A DNA stretch of 64,000 bases, taken from positions 130,200,001-130,264,000 of the forward strand of contig OX597814.1 of NCBI GenBank assembly GCA_951406725.2, given 5' to 3'. The first letter of the stretch is position 1. Every line of letters begins with the position of its first letter. This document shows, piece by piece, positions 1-13,711 of this stretch. The notes beneath the pieces are model-generated. The model made no database searches. It worked only from the letters and a program-made list of their open reading frames with translations, and was not told the origin of the DNA. The position numbers and the translations under genes were made by a program. This DNA is from Octopus vulgaris. Its lineage: Eukaryota.

Positions 1-369
1 GCCCTCACATACACACATACGCACACCCCAACACACATGCACACACAAACTTACATGCGCGCGCGCACACACACACATACACACACACACCACATACTCA
101 ACATATTGGGAAATAGAGTGTGAAAGAGCAATTTTGTTTATCTATCTTCATAACAGTGTGAAGTACTTATCTATTGATGAATTTAGACGATCGTTTTACG
201 CTACAAGGGAATTGTTCTGGCCCTTTGCGGTCTGGGTTCAAATCTCACCGGAGTTATATTTGGCCTTCTACTCTCTGGGGTCTATGAAATACAATACTAA
301 TAATGTAACCGTGTGGACTACTAATTCTTTACTCTTAAAATTGTTTGTCTTGTCCCTAAATTAGACGTC

Positions 370-1775
370 ATTATTCTTTTCTGCTCTAGGCACAAGGCCC
401 GAAATTTTGGGGGAGTGGGCCAGTCGATTAGATCGACCTCAAGCGCAACTGGTACTTAATTTATCGACCCCAAAAGCATGAAAGGCAAAGTCAGCGTCGG
501 CAGTATTTGAACTCAGAACATAAAGACAGATGGAAAGATTTGACGTCATTATTACAAGGCCGTGAAAGGTAACGAGCTGGCAGAACTGGTAGCACGCCGG
601 GGAAAATGCTTAGTAACTCTTCGTCCGTCTTTAAGTTCAGAGTTCTAATTCCGCCGAAGGCGACGTTGCCTTTCACCCTTGCGGCGACTTTATTACCTGT
701 CAAGCACTAACGTCAATGAAATCAACTTACCCCTTCTCCACAAAAATTTCCTGGCAGGAAGGATTGTTACAATGCCATGAAAGACAGAAAATGACAGAGT
801 CGTAAGCAACCAGGTAAAATGCATAGCAGCATTTGATCAGTCTTTCAGTTATGAGTTCAAATTCCGCCGAGGTTGACTTTGCCTTTCATTCTTTCGGAGT
901 CAATAAAATAAACACCAGAAGGCGGCGAGGTGGCAGAAACGTTAGCACGCCGGGCGAAATGCTTAGCGTTATTTCGTCTGCCGCTATGTTCTGAGTTCAA
1001 ATTATGCCGAGGTCGACTTTGCGTTTGATCCTTTCGGGGTCGATAAATTAAGTACCAGTTACGCACTGGGGTCGATGTAATCGACTTAATCCCCCTGTCT
1101 GTCCTTGTTTGTCCCATCTATGTTTAGCCCCTTTTGGGGGATAAAGAAATAAGAAACGCTAGCACGCCGGGCGAAATGCTTAGCGGTGATTTATCTGTCT
1201 TTTCGTTCTGAATTCAAATTCCACCGAGTTCGACTTTGCCTTTCATCTTTTCGGAGCCAATAAAATATGTACTAGTTGCATAATGGAGGTGGATCTAATC
1301 GACTGGCTCCTTCCCTCAAAATTTCGGGCCTTGCGCCTAGAGTAGAAAAGAAAAAAAAATTAAACACCAGTCAGGAACTGGTATCAATTGGATGGACTTT
1401 ACCCCTCCACCCAGAAACTGCTGGCCTTATGCTAAAACCTGAAACCATTATTCTTATATCCTTTAGAGGTCGATGAAATATCTACCAGTTGCGCACTGGG
1501 TCGATGTAATCGACTTGCCCCCCGCCCCCAAAATTCCAGACCTTGCGCCTATACTAGAAAGGGTTATCAACAATATTGATTTCAGATTTTTTTGCACAAG
1601 TCCAGCAAGCTCGGGGAAGGCTGTAAGTCGATTACATCAACCCTAGTGTATAACTGGTACTTATTTCATTGACCTCGAAACGGTGAAAGGCAAAGGCAGA
1701 ATTTGAACTCAGAAAGTAAAGACAAGCGAATTGACTCCAAGCATTTTGTCCAGTGTACTAACGAGTGTGTCAGCT
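370..1775. mobile_element. Nested cluster of tRNA-derived SINE family B copies (Meta/MESC-like domain), both strands
   Basis: Repeated GAGTTCAAATTCCGCCGAGGTCGACTTTGCCTTTCATCCTTTCGGGGTCGATAAA..AGTACCAG; best copy ~920-1150 (+). Confidence 0.85.
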
Positions 1776-2124
1776 CACCGCATCAGGATTATTAATATTA
1801 TTATTAAAAAGGATAGGATGAGAAAATTGGTGCCAGATTTTAAAATAATTAAAAACCAATGGGGTTGATCTGTATTAGATAAATGGTAAAAGATGCAACA
1901 TGGATGGTTTGAGAATATTTTATTAGGGGTCAATAAATGTGTAACCCTGAAAATGCAGGTTTTGTAGACAGTTAACACGGGTTACATGGCATAAAATCTA
2001 TTAAATTTGGAAAATAATGGCGACATTATGTATATATGACTGTGAGCTTAAATGCATGTACATATGTTTATGTGTGTATAAGTACATACGAGTTTGTGTG
2101 TGTTTATTATATACATAGATATAT

Positions 2125-2530
2125 ACTTACTTGTTTTAGTCATTTGACTGCGGCCATGCTGGAGCACCGCCTTTAGTCGGGCAAATCGACCCCAGGTTTT
2201 ATTCTTTGTAAGCCTAGTACTTATTTTATTGGTTTCTTTTGCCAAACCTCTTAGTTACAGGGATGTAAACACGCTACCATCGGTTGTCAAGCGATGTTGG
2301 GGCGGGGATAAACACAGACACACAAAAATATACACGCACATACTTATATATATATGCAAATATACGACGGGCTTCTTTCAGTTTCCGTCAAGCAAATCCA
2401 CTCACAAGGCCTTGGTCGGCCCGAGGCTATAGTAGAAGACACTTGCCCAAGGTGCCATGCAGTAGGAATGAAACCGGAACCATGTGGTTTGTAAGCAAAC
2501 TACTTACTACACAGCTAATCCTGCACCTAT
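2125..2530 (-). mobile_element. SINE family A
   Basis: Reverse complement of the 13791-14240 sequence. Confidence 0.88.
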
Positions 2531-2833
2531 ACTCCTGAAATTACTTTGTTGGTTGTATTATATAGCAACAATGACTGGTGGAACACGTGCTTTATATTTC
2601 TTGATACAGTATATGCTATTTAACACCTAGCTAAATGAAATCATTCCACATTCAACAATATTTCACGTCCACTAACGATAGATACTCTTCCATTCTTTAC
2701 GTCTGGTGAACTGCTTTCACACAACACATTTTTTCTGATCGTTTCGTTTCATATTTCTGCGCTTCCCCACCAAGAGTTCATGTTGTAAGACTTCATATAT
2801 TATTAGTTTGTTGGCCCCACTTTACTTCATAAT

Positions 2834-3145
2834 GGAGGCGCAATGACCCAGTGGTTAGGGCAGCGGAATCGCGGTCGGGAGATCGCGATTTCAATTCCCA
2901 GACGGGACTTGTGTGTGTTTATTGAGCGAAATCACCTAAAGCTCCACGAGGCTCCGGCAGTGGTTGTAGCGACCCCTGTTGTACTTTTCCACCCCAACTT
3001 TCTCTCACTCTTTCTTCCTGTTTCTTTAGTAACGCTGCGATGGACTGGCGTCACATCCAGCTGGGGGGGAGGGGGACACATATGCCATAGAAACCTTGAA
3101 ACCGGGCCCATGAGCCTGGCTAAGCTTGAAAAGGGGGCATAAATA
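2834..3145 (+). mobile_element. tRNA-derived SINE family C
   Basis: GGAGGCGCAATGACCCAGTGGTTAG head; AACGCTGCGATGGACTGGCGTC..CCAGCTGGGG body; homologous to 40455-40765 and 18492-18715. Confidence 0.82.
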
Positions 3146-3992
3146 TAAAAAAACTTTACTTCATAATCTTCTTGGTATTATCTTTTTACTCTCTCTCTCT
3201 CTCTTTATATATATATTTGTTTATATGTGTGTATATATATATAAATCATCTATCTATGTGTCTGTCCGTCCGCCTGTCAGTGTTAGTGTGTGAATGTGTA
3301 TATATATGTGCATACACACACACATGTATATATGTATGTATGCATGCATGTACTACATACCTGCATGCGTACGTACATCTATACATGCATATATACATAC
3401 CTGTCATTAATTCCAATAATCCTGTTGTCCAACTCAACTTTTGCAATTCTGAAATTCTATAATTTAATAATTTAATAATTTTAAAATATTGTAATTTGAT
3501 AATTTTACGATTCAGATGTGATAAGTCTATAATTTTATTATTTCATAACGTTTCAACTATGCACTGTGCATTCTGTAATTTGTATTCGTAATTGTGTTTT
3601 CCATTTCGTATGTAGCATTTAAAAAATATATATCATGTAAATCGTACGGAAGTACATTCTAATGCTTGTGCACTTTTGCAATTAGCGTGAGTTTATTTTC
3701 ATTTTTTGGGCAAACAACTACACCTATAATTTTTACAATATTTATAATTTGAATATATTCACATGACTATCAATCTTCTGTATATATTTTTTTTTTGTTT
3801 CTATATCCATGTATTTTTGTATTTTACATTTTTCTGTATGTTGCAATTCCTACATTTCTTACCGTTACAAAAGTTCATAATTTTAAAATTTTATTAATTT
3901 GTAACTTTGCAAGTATATAACTTATTATTTCCGCAGCCCTATAATTTACTTATATGCATAGCTGTATATGTGTCAATATGTGTGTGTGTATG

Positions 3993-4123
<131 letters not shown>

Positions 4124-4144
4124 GTATATATATATATATGTATG

Positions 4145-4182
<38 letters not shown>

Positions 4183-4341
4183 CATACACACACATATTGA
4201 CACATATACAGCTCAAACCATCCATGTTATATATATATATATACACATGTATATATATATATGTATGTGTATAAATATATATATATATATGTGTGTGTGT
4301 ATGTATATATATGTATATGTATGTATATATATATATATATA

Positions 4342-4736
4342 CTAGCAGTATCGCCCGGCGTTGCTCGGGTTGTAAGGGAAATAACTATATAAGCATTTTT
4401 AGAGAGTTATAGCCAAAAAATAGCAAAAAAAAATGCATTAAAAATTGAAAAAAAATTAAGGTAAATTTTTTTAAATCGTTGACACATCGTAGATATTTTT
4501 AGAGAGTTATTTCCCTTATATAAAAGCGAAAAAAATGCATTAAAATGGAAAAATATGATGGTAAATTTTTTTAAAATCGTAGACTCATCGTAGACGCGCG
4601 CTAATACCCAGAAGGGCTCGATATGAATCACGACTATAAGATACCCGCTTTTGGTTAAACTGCACCGCAAAATGTGGGAGTAATTACGAATGTAAATCGA
4701 AGGGGACAGACACACAACTTCACTCTTATATAAAGA
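4342..4736 (-). mobile_element. Non-autonomous Helitron
   Basis: Minus strand starts A|TCTTTATATAAG and ends with hairpin CCCGAGCAACGCCGGG followed by CTAG|T; internal ~115-bp direct repeat. Confidence 0.8.
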
Positions 4737-5606
4737 TGCTTTTTTTTTTCAGTCATAGAGTTAGATTTATGAAGGTCTTCAGTAGAAAATCCTTCGAATT
4801 CTGACTCGCTGCTTGATATAATGAAATTCGTATCCATTTTTTGTCAGAATTACAAATTTTGAAAACACAATAGGAACAAATTTCGGAAAAAAATCTCCCA
4901 TAATTCACGGAATTAAAATTACACTTCGATTTTGTACAAAACTGTATTTGAAGTGTTTACGAAGTATAATACGTGTTTTCACGAATGTACTAAAGAGATT
5001 TACTCTGATATTCTCATTTAAATATGAATAGGTAAATTCGGGCGGTTTGGTAACGAAAGGGTTTATATAAGTGTCGTCTGTTTATACATAAACACTGTTT
5101 CATAGTTTCAGTTTAGTCTTCCTCAAATCACTGTCGCTAATTTACTCTCTTCCAAGAACATTTTCACTCACTGTTATCTGTTAGCTTCCCATACATTTTA
5201 CTCATGTATCTATCAGCGTGATAGACAGAAACAAATATTACATTTACTTTCATTTTATTCGTTGCCCACTGTGTGTGTGCGTTTGCGTGTGGTGTAAAAC
5301 AGACTAAGAAAAGCATTTGACACACACACCAGAATGTGAGTTTTCTGTAAATTTTGCTTAATTGGAGTTTAAATTTTAAAAACTGGACCTGGCATGACGC
5401 GATGCATTGTACTCTTAAAACTGCTAGGTAAATTGTAATTGAAGAAATCCTATATTGTAGATTTGTATAACTCCCAAAGGGAGGCAGATAAAATCTGCCT
5501 TTTATAATAAGAGATATATATATATATACATATGTATGTATATATATATGTATATATATGTATATATATATATGCATGTATATATATATGTGTATATATA
5601 TATATA

Positions 5607-5664
<58 letters not shown>

Positions 5665-5712
5665 CAAATTAGTTGGTTACAAAATCTCAAGAAGAGATAG
5701 AATAGTAACGTG

Positions 5713-5745
<33 letters not shown>

Positions 5746-5748
<3 letters not shown>

Positions 5749-6110
5749 AAGTTAATCCAAACAAGAAAACAAAAACAAAAAAACAACAACGCAAGGACGT
5801 GGAACAAATAAAGTATTATTGGGCGTTCAGGAAAGAAGGGAAGAAGGAGGGTTTGACGTTTCGAGCGGAGCTCTTCGTCGGAAACATAGGAGAAGGAAAG
5901 ATCGCGAGAAGGGAAGACAGGGGGAAAAAATCGCTAGTGATACAGACGAGGTCACATACTAAAAGACGGAAGTAGTAAAAGTAGAAGAATAATGTTTTTA
6001 AAAAACAGGAGAGCTATATCAAAGACAGTATGGTAAAGAAAGTGAGGGGGGATGTGTGTGGGTGTAGTGCGTGCGGGGAGGTCAGCGTGTGCGCGTGTGT
6101 GTGTGTGTGT
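5746..6110 (-). mobile_element. pLTR-like repeat family D with minimal HHR (5851-5885)
   Basis: Minus strand GTTT-CCGACGA-A-GAGC-TCC-GCTC-GAAA-CGTC-AAAC. Homologous copies near 15107, 32810 and 36515; abuts (TA)n. Confidence 0.7.
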
Positions 6111-6132
6111 GTACATTCCACTATATATATAG

Positions 6133-6360
6133 GGCGGCGAGCTGGCAGAAACGTTAGAACGCCGGGCGAAATGCGTAGCCGTATTTCGTCTGCCGTTACG
6201 TTCTGAGTTCAAATTCCGCCGAGATCGACTTTGGCTTTCATCCTTTCGAGGTCGATAAATTATGTACCAGTTACGCACTGGGGTCGATATAATCGACTTA
6301 ATCAGTTTGTCTGTGACTGTTTGCCCTCTCTGTGTTTAGCCCCTTGTGGGTAGTAAAGAA

Positions 6361-6362
<2 letters not shown>
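6133..6362 (+). mobile_element. SINE family B, full length
   Basis: GGCGGCGAGCTGGCAGAAACGTTAG head, GAGTTCAAATTCC B box, GTAGTAAAGAAAT tail. Confidence 0.9.
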
Positions 6363-6398
<36 letters not shown>

Positions 6399-6454
6399 TG
6401 AAGTATACACACACATATTTATATATAGGTACGAATGCATATATATATATATAT

Positions 6455-6605
6455 ATAAGAGGTATGACCACTAAAGTGGATTCCTATACGCTAGACATTT
6501 TGGAGTTTTGCTAGGTTTTTTATTGAGAACATACGCTTTGTGGTAAGGCGATTTGATGTCTATCTTTAGTACATAGGAATCCACTTTAGTGGTCATTCCT
6601 CTTAT
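6455..6605. mobile_element. Small MITE-like element
   Basis: TAAGAGG.ATGACCACTAAAGTGGATTCCTAT / ATAGGAATCCACTTTAGTGGTCAT.CCTCTTA. Confidence 0.7.
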
Positions 6606-6709
6606 TAATTGTAATATAATTTTTAAATCTTCAGACTTTTTTGAATATGCTTGACCAGTGGTTTAAATTGATGTTAATTGATTTATATCAACAATTTCTC
6701 CCCTCATTA

Positions 6710-6818
<109 letters not shown>

Positions 6819-6964
6819 GATATGATATATAAGAGTTAATGGTGTCATTGAGAACCAAAGGTGTCAGGTAATGCTGAATAAGTGCTATAGACAGACCATA
6901 GTTAAGTTCCAGATTGGGTAATATTGCGAATAAATGGTTCGACATTGGTTCTATATCAGCGTGT

Positions 6965-7115
6965 GTATATAAGAAATTTTTGCGTAATAAGATAAAATCC
7001 CAAGGATGTATAGATATTAGAGCATTTATAGACAGATGCACTAATATCTATAAATGCTCTAATACCTATACAGCCTTAGCTTTTTGTCTTATTACGCAAA
7101 AAATTCTTATATATA
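6965..7115. repeat. ~150-bp near-perfect palindrome
   Basis: TATATAAGAA.TTTTTGCGTAATAAGA..TATTAGAGCATTTATAGA / TCTATAAATGCTCTAATA..TCTTATTACGCAAAAAATTCTTATATA; related hairpin at ~26695-26740. Confidence 0.8.
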
Positions 7116-7200
7116 TAGAAATATATATATATACATACATGCATACAAATATATACATACATACATACATATATATATATATAAATATATATATATACAT

Positions 7201-7260
<60 letters not shown>

Positions 7261-7452
7261 ATGTATATGTACATTGACACATATACAGCTATGCATATAA
7301 GTGAATTATAGTGATGCCGAAATAATAAGTTATATACTTGCAAAATTACAAATGAACTAAATTTTTAAATTACGAACTTTCGTAAAGGTAAGAAATGTAG
7401 GAATTGCAAAATACAAAATTACGAGAAATTTTGGATGAAAATTTATAAAGCA

Positions 7453-7535
<83 letters not shown>

Positions 7536-7648
7536 CATATATATCCTTTCAGTTCATGTATGTGAAAACATTTTGAGTGCACTTACGCTGTTCATTCCCG
7601 CTACTGTTTCATGAATTTCCATCTAAAATTTCTCGTTATTAATATACA

Positions 7649-7756
<108 letters not shown>

Positions 7757-7900
7757 TCTGTGTGTGTATACATATATACGTATGTATGTATGTATGCATG
7801 TATGTATGTATGTATGTATGTGTGTTTTTGTGTTAAATAAAATGAGACAACACAGCCTAGTCTGTGTGGAGTTTTCAGGACATTTATAAATAGAATGTTA

Positions 7901-7948
7901 ATCTTACAGCTGTTTCTCGGATCTTAGGGATAATCCGTCATCAGAGAT
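7901..7948 (-). ncRNA. Minimal type I hammerhead ribozyme
   Basis: ATCT-CTGATGA-CGGAT-loop-ATCCG-A-GAAA-CAGCTGT-A-AGAT. Canonical core, palindromic stem III ACAGCTGT, GUA site. Confidence 0.8.
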
Positions 7949-9261
7949 GATGTGAAATGGTTAAATAGAGGGAAATATTAGAGTTCAATATAGGAGTTAT
8001 TTTGGAAAAAGAAGCACATATGTAATATACAGGGAAATAGGAGAATAAATGTAGAAATAAAAATAAAAATGTGTAAACATGTTATAGTTACTCAATTCTA
8101 CAACTATATATATAGGATCACCTATAAATTTTAAACAACGATACACTGTGCATCTAAATTCTTTTAGATGCGAGTAACTCAGTAAATCCACAACATTCGC
8201 CAGTTACATATATCATCTCCAAAATAGAAATACTCCCTATATCTTGTCATGGTCCATAATAGATTCAGGACTTCCATATCAAGGTCAACGCTCAGCCTGT
8301 AATCTATGACCTACAAGAGGCATTTCACATATTAAAACACAGCTGTTTCGTATATGCATTTAGGATCGCTCATGGTTCCATTTTATCAATCAATCGATTG
8401 ATCGACAGAAAGTATGTAGTTGCGTTTTTCTCTGTTTCTCACTCTTTCTTTCTCTCTATCATTCTGTGCCATCTCATTCTGCCTCCATCTCATTCTGCCT
8501 CCGTCTCATTCTGCCTCCGTCTCATTCTGCCTCCATATCTACTACTGTGTAGATACTATGAACTATTAAATTGTCTGAACTGAATTTTAAATCACCATAT
8601 ATTTGAAAAATTTCGTTAAAACTGTATGTTCATCATATTCGTTGTTTCAGCAAGACCGTCATTGAATAAAGTCTAACGATACATTACGAAAGAAGACTTT
8701 GTAATTATATCGTCTTCACAGCAGGAACATATCACTTGCCAAAGGAAAAGAAAAATGAAATGAAAAGAAATCGGATGGAATCTGGTCAGTATGGAATTTA
8801 TACAAAATTAGGTCACCTGTTTCAAGCCACCGACCTTAAGCTATTGATCTCCCTTAACACTAGGGAATAATATTTATATCCAGTAAAGAAATTTGATACC
8901 CTACAACTTCTTTATGTTCAGTGGCAGGCTTTTGGTGTTTAATGCTATATTTTTCGAAAGTATGTTAGCCAGTGTTTGGCTCTTGGCGTTTACTGCTATA
9001 GTTTTGGAAGCTACGGGAGTGGATGCAACCGGCAGCTATGGATTGCTAATTATTTTAGCACGAAGTATCAACATCTATTTAGTTACCGGGAATTCATATA
9101 AGTACAAACCAGTTAGCAGGTGTGGTTAGAACTAGTGATCAGGTTTTATAAATAAATATATAAACTATAACAGGTACATAAACAGTAAGATGAAGACTGC
9201 ATATACATATATACATGTGTGTATTATAGACAGAAAGAATGAACAAGAAAACCGTAATAAC

Positions 9262-9720
9262 ACGTTAGAGCATATAATTTATAATCCAAAACAATTGCAG
9301 AATTGTCAGATTAAATAAGGGATTATGCATAAAGTCTCTTACAGTTCTTTCTAGAATAGTCGTGCATACAGTACATATCACATTGAGCAAAAATTTCCAT
9401 ATAAAAGCCAACTACACCGTCGTCAGAAAGGAAGCATTAAGGAAAATCCTTAATACAGGATATTAGCATTTATCAGTTCTGCAGTCTTTGACGATGAACT
9501 TGGTGAGTACAAACATCTTTTACTAAGGATATTCCTTAATTCTCAAACTCTGAAGACGGTATAGTTGGCTTTTATATGGAAATCGTTGCTCAATGAAATA
9601 TGCACTATTTGCACAGCTATTCAAGAAACAGCTGTAAGAGATTTTATGCATAACTCCTTAATCTCTTATTTACTCTTACAACTCTGCAGTTACGTTTGAA
9701 TTATAAATTATATGCACTAA
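9262..9720. repeat. ~460-bp diverged palindrome of two inverted HHR-bearing pLTR-like arms
   Basis: Arms pair, e.g. TTTCCATATAAAAGCCAACTA/TAGTTGGCTTTTATATGGAAA. Right arm: CTGAAGA (9550)..GAAACAGCTGTA (9625-9636); left arm has a decayed minus-strand equivalent. Confidence 0.75.
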
Positions 9721-9915
9721 AGTGATATCACATGTTTTTCCATGAGATCTATACTTTCTAAAGCATGCTATACAACGTATACTTGTGTGTGTATGTATGT
9801 GTGTGTGCCTATGCGTTTAAAATTAGATATACTCGTTTCCTTGGAAAATATTATTGAATACTGCCATGCGTCCATTCTTCCATACACACATACATACATA
9901 CATACATACATACAT

Positions 9916-9946
<31 letters not shown>

Positions 9947-9966
9947 TACATACATACATACATACA

Positions 9967-10000
<34 letters not shown>

Positions 10001-10423
10001 CATACATATGTACGTACATCATACATAATTATATATACATACGTATATAAAGAGAGAGAGAGCAAGAGAGAGTAGGGAAGAGAGAGAAAAATGCCTAGCA
10101 AAATGTCTGGACCGTGATTGATTGTCGTCAACTCTTTCCATTGATTACGCGTTCAGTGTTTAATAGTGTATTTTGTTTCCAGTTCTTTTTCTTTTTCATT
10201 TGAAATGCAAACTATGAAATTAAGTGAAAACTTATGACAAGTAACCTTATAACAAAATTTTAAATATAAGTGTGCGTGTATGTGTATCTATGCATGTATT
10301 AAATTACTAACGTGTGTTAGTATTGTTTCGGTTCGTTTAGGGCACTAAAGAACGGTTGTTATGTATGTATGTATGTATGTATGTATGTATGTATGTATGT
10401 ATGTATGTATGTATGTGTGTGTG

Positions 10424-10455
<32 letters not shown>

Positions 10456-10485
10456 TGTATGTATGTATGTATGTATGTATGTATG

Positions 10486-11124
10486 TCCTTTTTCACATTT
10501 TAATTTAGAGTAAATTCTGACCTGCCACCTACTTGGTAGCAAGGTTGTGAAGGAATACGTCTAGGTGCAGGCGAGGAAGAAACCGAACGTTCGATGGCGA
10601 GAGGGCGAACGAACGAAACGGTGGCGGCTGCCGGCGGGCGAGCGAGCGAGCGAAGCTGCCGAGGCGCGAGGAGTAGAACGACGGCGACAGCAAGGGCGAG
10701 GGCGCTCACTTTAGGGCGGACGGGGCGGCGGCGGAAAGTCGGGGACGCGCCGGTCATGTAGAGTCGATCACGCGCAGGGTCGCGTGGGGCTACCCGTTGG
10801 CAGAAAGGAGCGACGAGAACATCCCTTCCAGACGGTCCTCTCTTCCGATCATCGACAACGCTACATAATGGTCTGGACCCCCTTGGGATGCGACGGTCAC
10901 CTAAAGTGTGGCTGTTCCGCGTGGCACGTCCCGCAATTTGTTCACCAAACTTTAAATCTTGAGAAAGTCTTGCACGTTTTTATAGTTCCAGATATCGTGA
11001 TCATTTGTAGCATATAAACTGAGGATTTGGGTTCTCTCCCTAAGATCCCAAGTTCAACCATACTTTGCTCCAGATGAGTTTGTATGTATCCTGTTGCTCT
11101 AATAATAATGGGTATTAATGCTCG

Positions 11125-11127
<3 letters not shown>
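10486..11127 (-). mobile_element. 3' fragment of an R4/Dong-like RLE non-LTR retrotransposon
   Basis: 10942-11120 reads LIPIIIRATGYIQTHLEQSMVELGI..LQMITISGTIKTCKTF, resembling the C-terminus of R4/Dong ORFs. 3' UTR ends in a long (CATA)n tract. Confidence 0.7.
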
Positions 11128-11159
<32 letters not shown>

Positions 11160-11163
<4 letters not shown>

Positions 11164-11383
11164 TTGTTTACTACCCACAAGGGGCTAAACACAGAGGGGA
11201 CAAACAAGGACAGACAAACGGATTAAGTCGATTACATCGACCCCAGTGCGTAACTGGTACTTAATTTATCGACCCCGAAAGGATGAAAGGCTAAGTCGAC
11301 CTCGGCGGAATTTGAACTCGGAACGAAGGACAGACGAAATACGGCCACGCATTACGCCCGGCGTGCTAACGTTTCTGCCAGCT
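11160..11383 (-). mobile_element. SINE family B
   Basis: Reverse complement of the 6133-6362 sequence. Confidence 0.88.
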
Positions 11384-11541
11384 CATGCACAAATAAAAGA
11401 AAAATCTGACAGAACCCTCAGAATCGCATTACTTAAAATTGTGCAGGATTAAGAAAACAGTCTCATCGCTCTGAACGGAAAGCAAGCATCTGAATGATAA
11501 GTGTATGTGTGTATGTGTGTAAGTGTGTATACAGAGGAGAT

Positions 11542-11575
<34 letters not shown>

Positions 11576-11582
11576 TATTTAA

Positions 11583-11583
11583 G

Positions 11584-11640
<57 letters not shown>

Positions 11641-11666
11641 GTTGTTGTTGTTGTTATTATTATTAT

Positions 11667-11748
<82 letters not shown>
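11583..11748. repeat. Compound microsatellite (ATT)n(GTT)n(GA)n
   Basis: Directly visible. Confidence 0.95.
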
Positions 11749-11751
<3 letters not shown>

Positions 11752-12235
11752 CGCACGTTATAGATTGTCAAGAAATCAGTGAAACTTTTATTGGCAGCAG
11801 TGGAATAATAGAAAAATTTGATATAGCATATCTAGATATTCAATGCTGACTGTGTTTATTTATTTGCTTATTTGTTTATACAAGCGAAACACAATGTTGA
11901 AAGCGAGCTTATCGAGAAATGCATCGCTTTATTCTAAACATTTGTCGCCTGTTGTGTTTAGTTTGCAAACTGCTGATAATAACCGACAAAAGACTGACTT
12001 TCAAAACGGAAATATATAGAGTAACGGTTATAGAGCTCCCGTAGAGCCTTTTACATATAATACTATATAGTATAAACGCATACTAATGATTTGAACGTTA
12101 GAAAGTTGATGTTATTCAGGTATCCGGTAAAAGAAAAATACACGCTTGGTTTGCTCCTATCGTAGGGGTGATATTCCCTTCTGGATTAAATTAATGAAAG
12201 CTTAGAAATGGATCTTTTCCTTTTCATGTGCAGCT

Positions 12236-12856
12236 CGATTAATTAATTTTCTTTAAACACTTGGAAACTTCGGATAATAGTAGAATGTGTCATATAGAAC
12301 ATATTTTACTCTTAGCGTTGTTGAGAAAAGTTTCTATTTTTGAAGTTATTTCGTGTTTAAGCTGTAGTATTTCGGTAATTTCAACCAATCAATGACGTGT
12401 ATTCAGCTGAATAAAATTACTGCTGTTGTTTGTCAACAACTATCGGCGGTGTATATTTCGTTTGTCACTGTTATTTATGACATCGTTTGTGCGTTTATAT
12501 TAGTTTTAGCTTTTAAAAATTTTACAGGGTTAGGGCTAGGCTTTTAGGCTTAGTGTTTTAGGGTTAGGGTCAGGATTTTAGGTTTAAGGCTAAGGTTAGG
12601 GTTAGGGTTAAGGTAGGAAAAAAACCTAAAAGCAATAGAAATGCACGAGCGATTATGTTAGTGTCATGAAGTAAACATGCTTCAGATACACTCGTTTATT
12701 CATACGAACGTAACTGAGATGAAATATGTCTTAAATATCAGTGACTTCGAAAATAGGAACTTTTCTCAACAACGCTAACAGTAAAAGATGGTCTATATGA
12801 CACATTCTACCAGTATCCGAAGTTACAAAGTGTTTAGTTAAAGAAAATTAATCGAT
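12236..12856. mobile_element. MITE-like element with ~115-bp TIRs and internal degenerate (TTAGGG)n
   Basis: AAACACTT..AACTTCGGATA.T.GTAGAATGTGTCATATAGA..TTAGCGTTGTTGAGAAAAGTT mirrored at 12740-12856; telomere-like run at 12526-12615. Confidence 0.8.
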
Positions 12857-13711
12857 TTGCCCATCATCTCTCTTTTTCTCACTTTTCTCTCTCTCTCTCT
12901 TTCGCCTAAACTAATACTTTCTAATACAAGCTAAAGCCTGAAATATTTTGTGGGGATACGGTGTATAGTCAATTAAGTGGATCCCAGTGTTCATGAGGTA
13001 CTGTTTTTATGGCCCCCGAAAAAGCAAAAGGCAAAGGATCCTTAGAAATTTGAATTTTGAATCAAAGGTGAAAGAACAAGAAGATACACAAAATGTTTAA
13101 TATTTAATTTTTATCTTACGCCTTATAATCATTTAAAATTTTTCAACTGTTGGTAGCTATATATAGCACCATTTCATCATTAAAAAAAAAAAATGTCAGC
13201 GCGAGTAGATAACTGTTTTTGTTAATCATCGGTTACATAAGGGAAGATAAAGCAAAGTGCATTTCACCACAGTGAACAGCGCCGTTTAAACCTCTTTGTA
13301 ATTTGCCGAGGTATTAACGAGCAAATGCTAAGTAAATACACTAAATCAGATAATATTAACTAACGGCTAATACAACTTTTGTTTATAGAGTTAATGCAAG
13401 AAAGAATTTTCTTGTGAATATATCAGCGAAACCCACATACCAATGTATATATTCCTAAACCGTCTAATAACACATCATTGCCTAATGTTGTATATTAGAC
13501 AGTTTAGGAATATAAAGCTTACTTAGATGGTAAATAATTCATAGATTAATTTTAACATACGTATGATGCATTAAGGCAATTATGTTGTGAACAAAAAAGA
13601 ATATTAGTCCTTGACAAATATTTTTTCCGTCAAGTACTGCAGACTTGAATGAATTATTCATATTTGATAGTTTCTGCGGTTCTTTCGGAGAAATATCGCT
13701 TCCTTCAGCCT

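Noticed and set aside
4740-5515. Acidic peptide SSSESEFEGFSTED and a second Helitron-like 5' end near 5515
   Set aside because: Probably transposon debris, but termini and family could not be established.
10500-10757. 85-aa ORF with signal-peptide-like stretch
   Set aside because: Arises from the stop-poor GC-rich insert and spans its junction.
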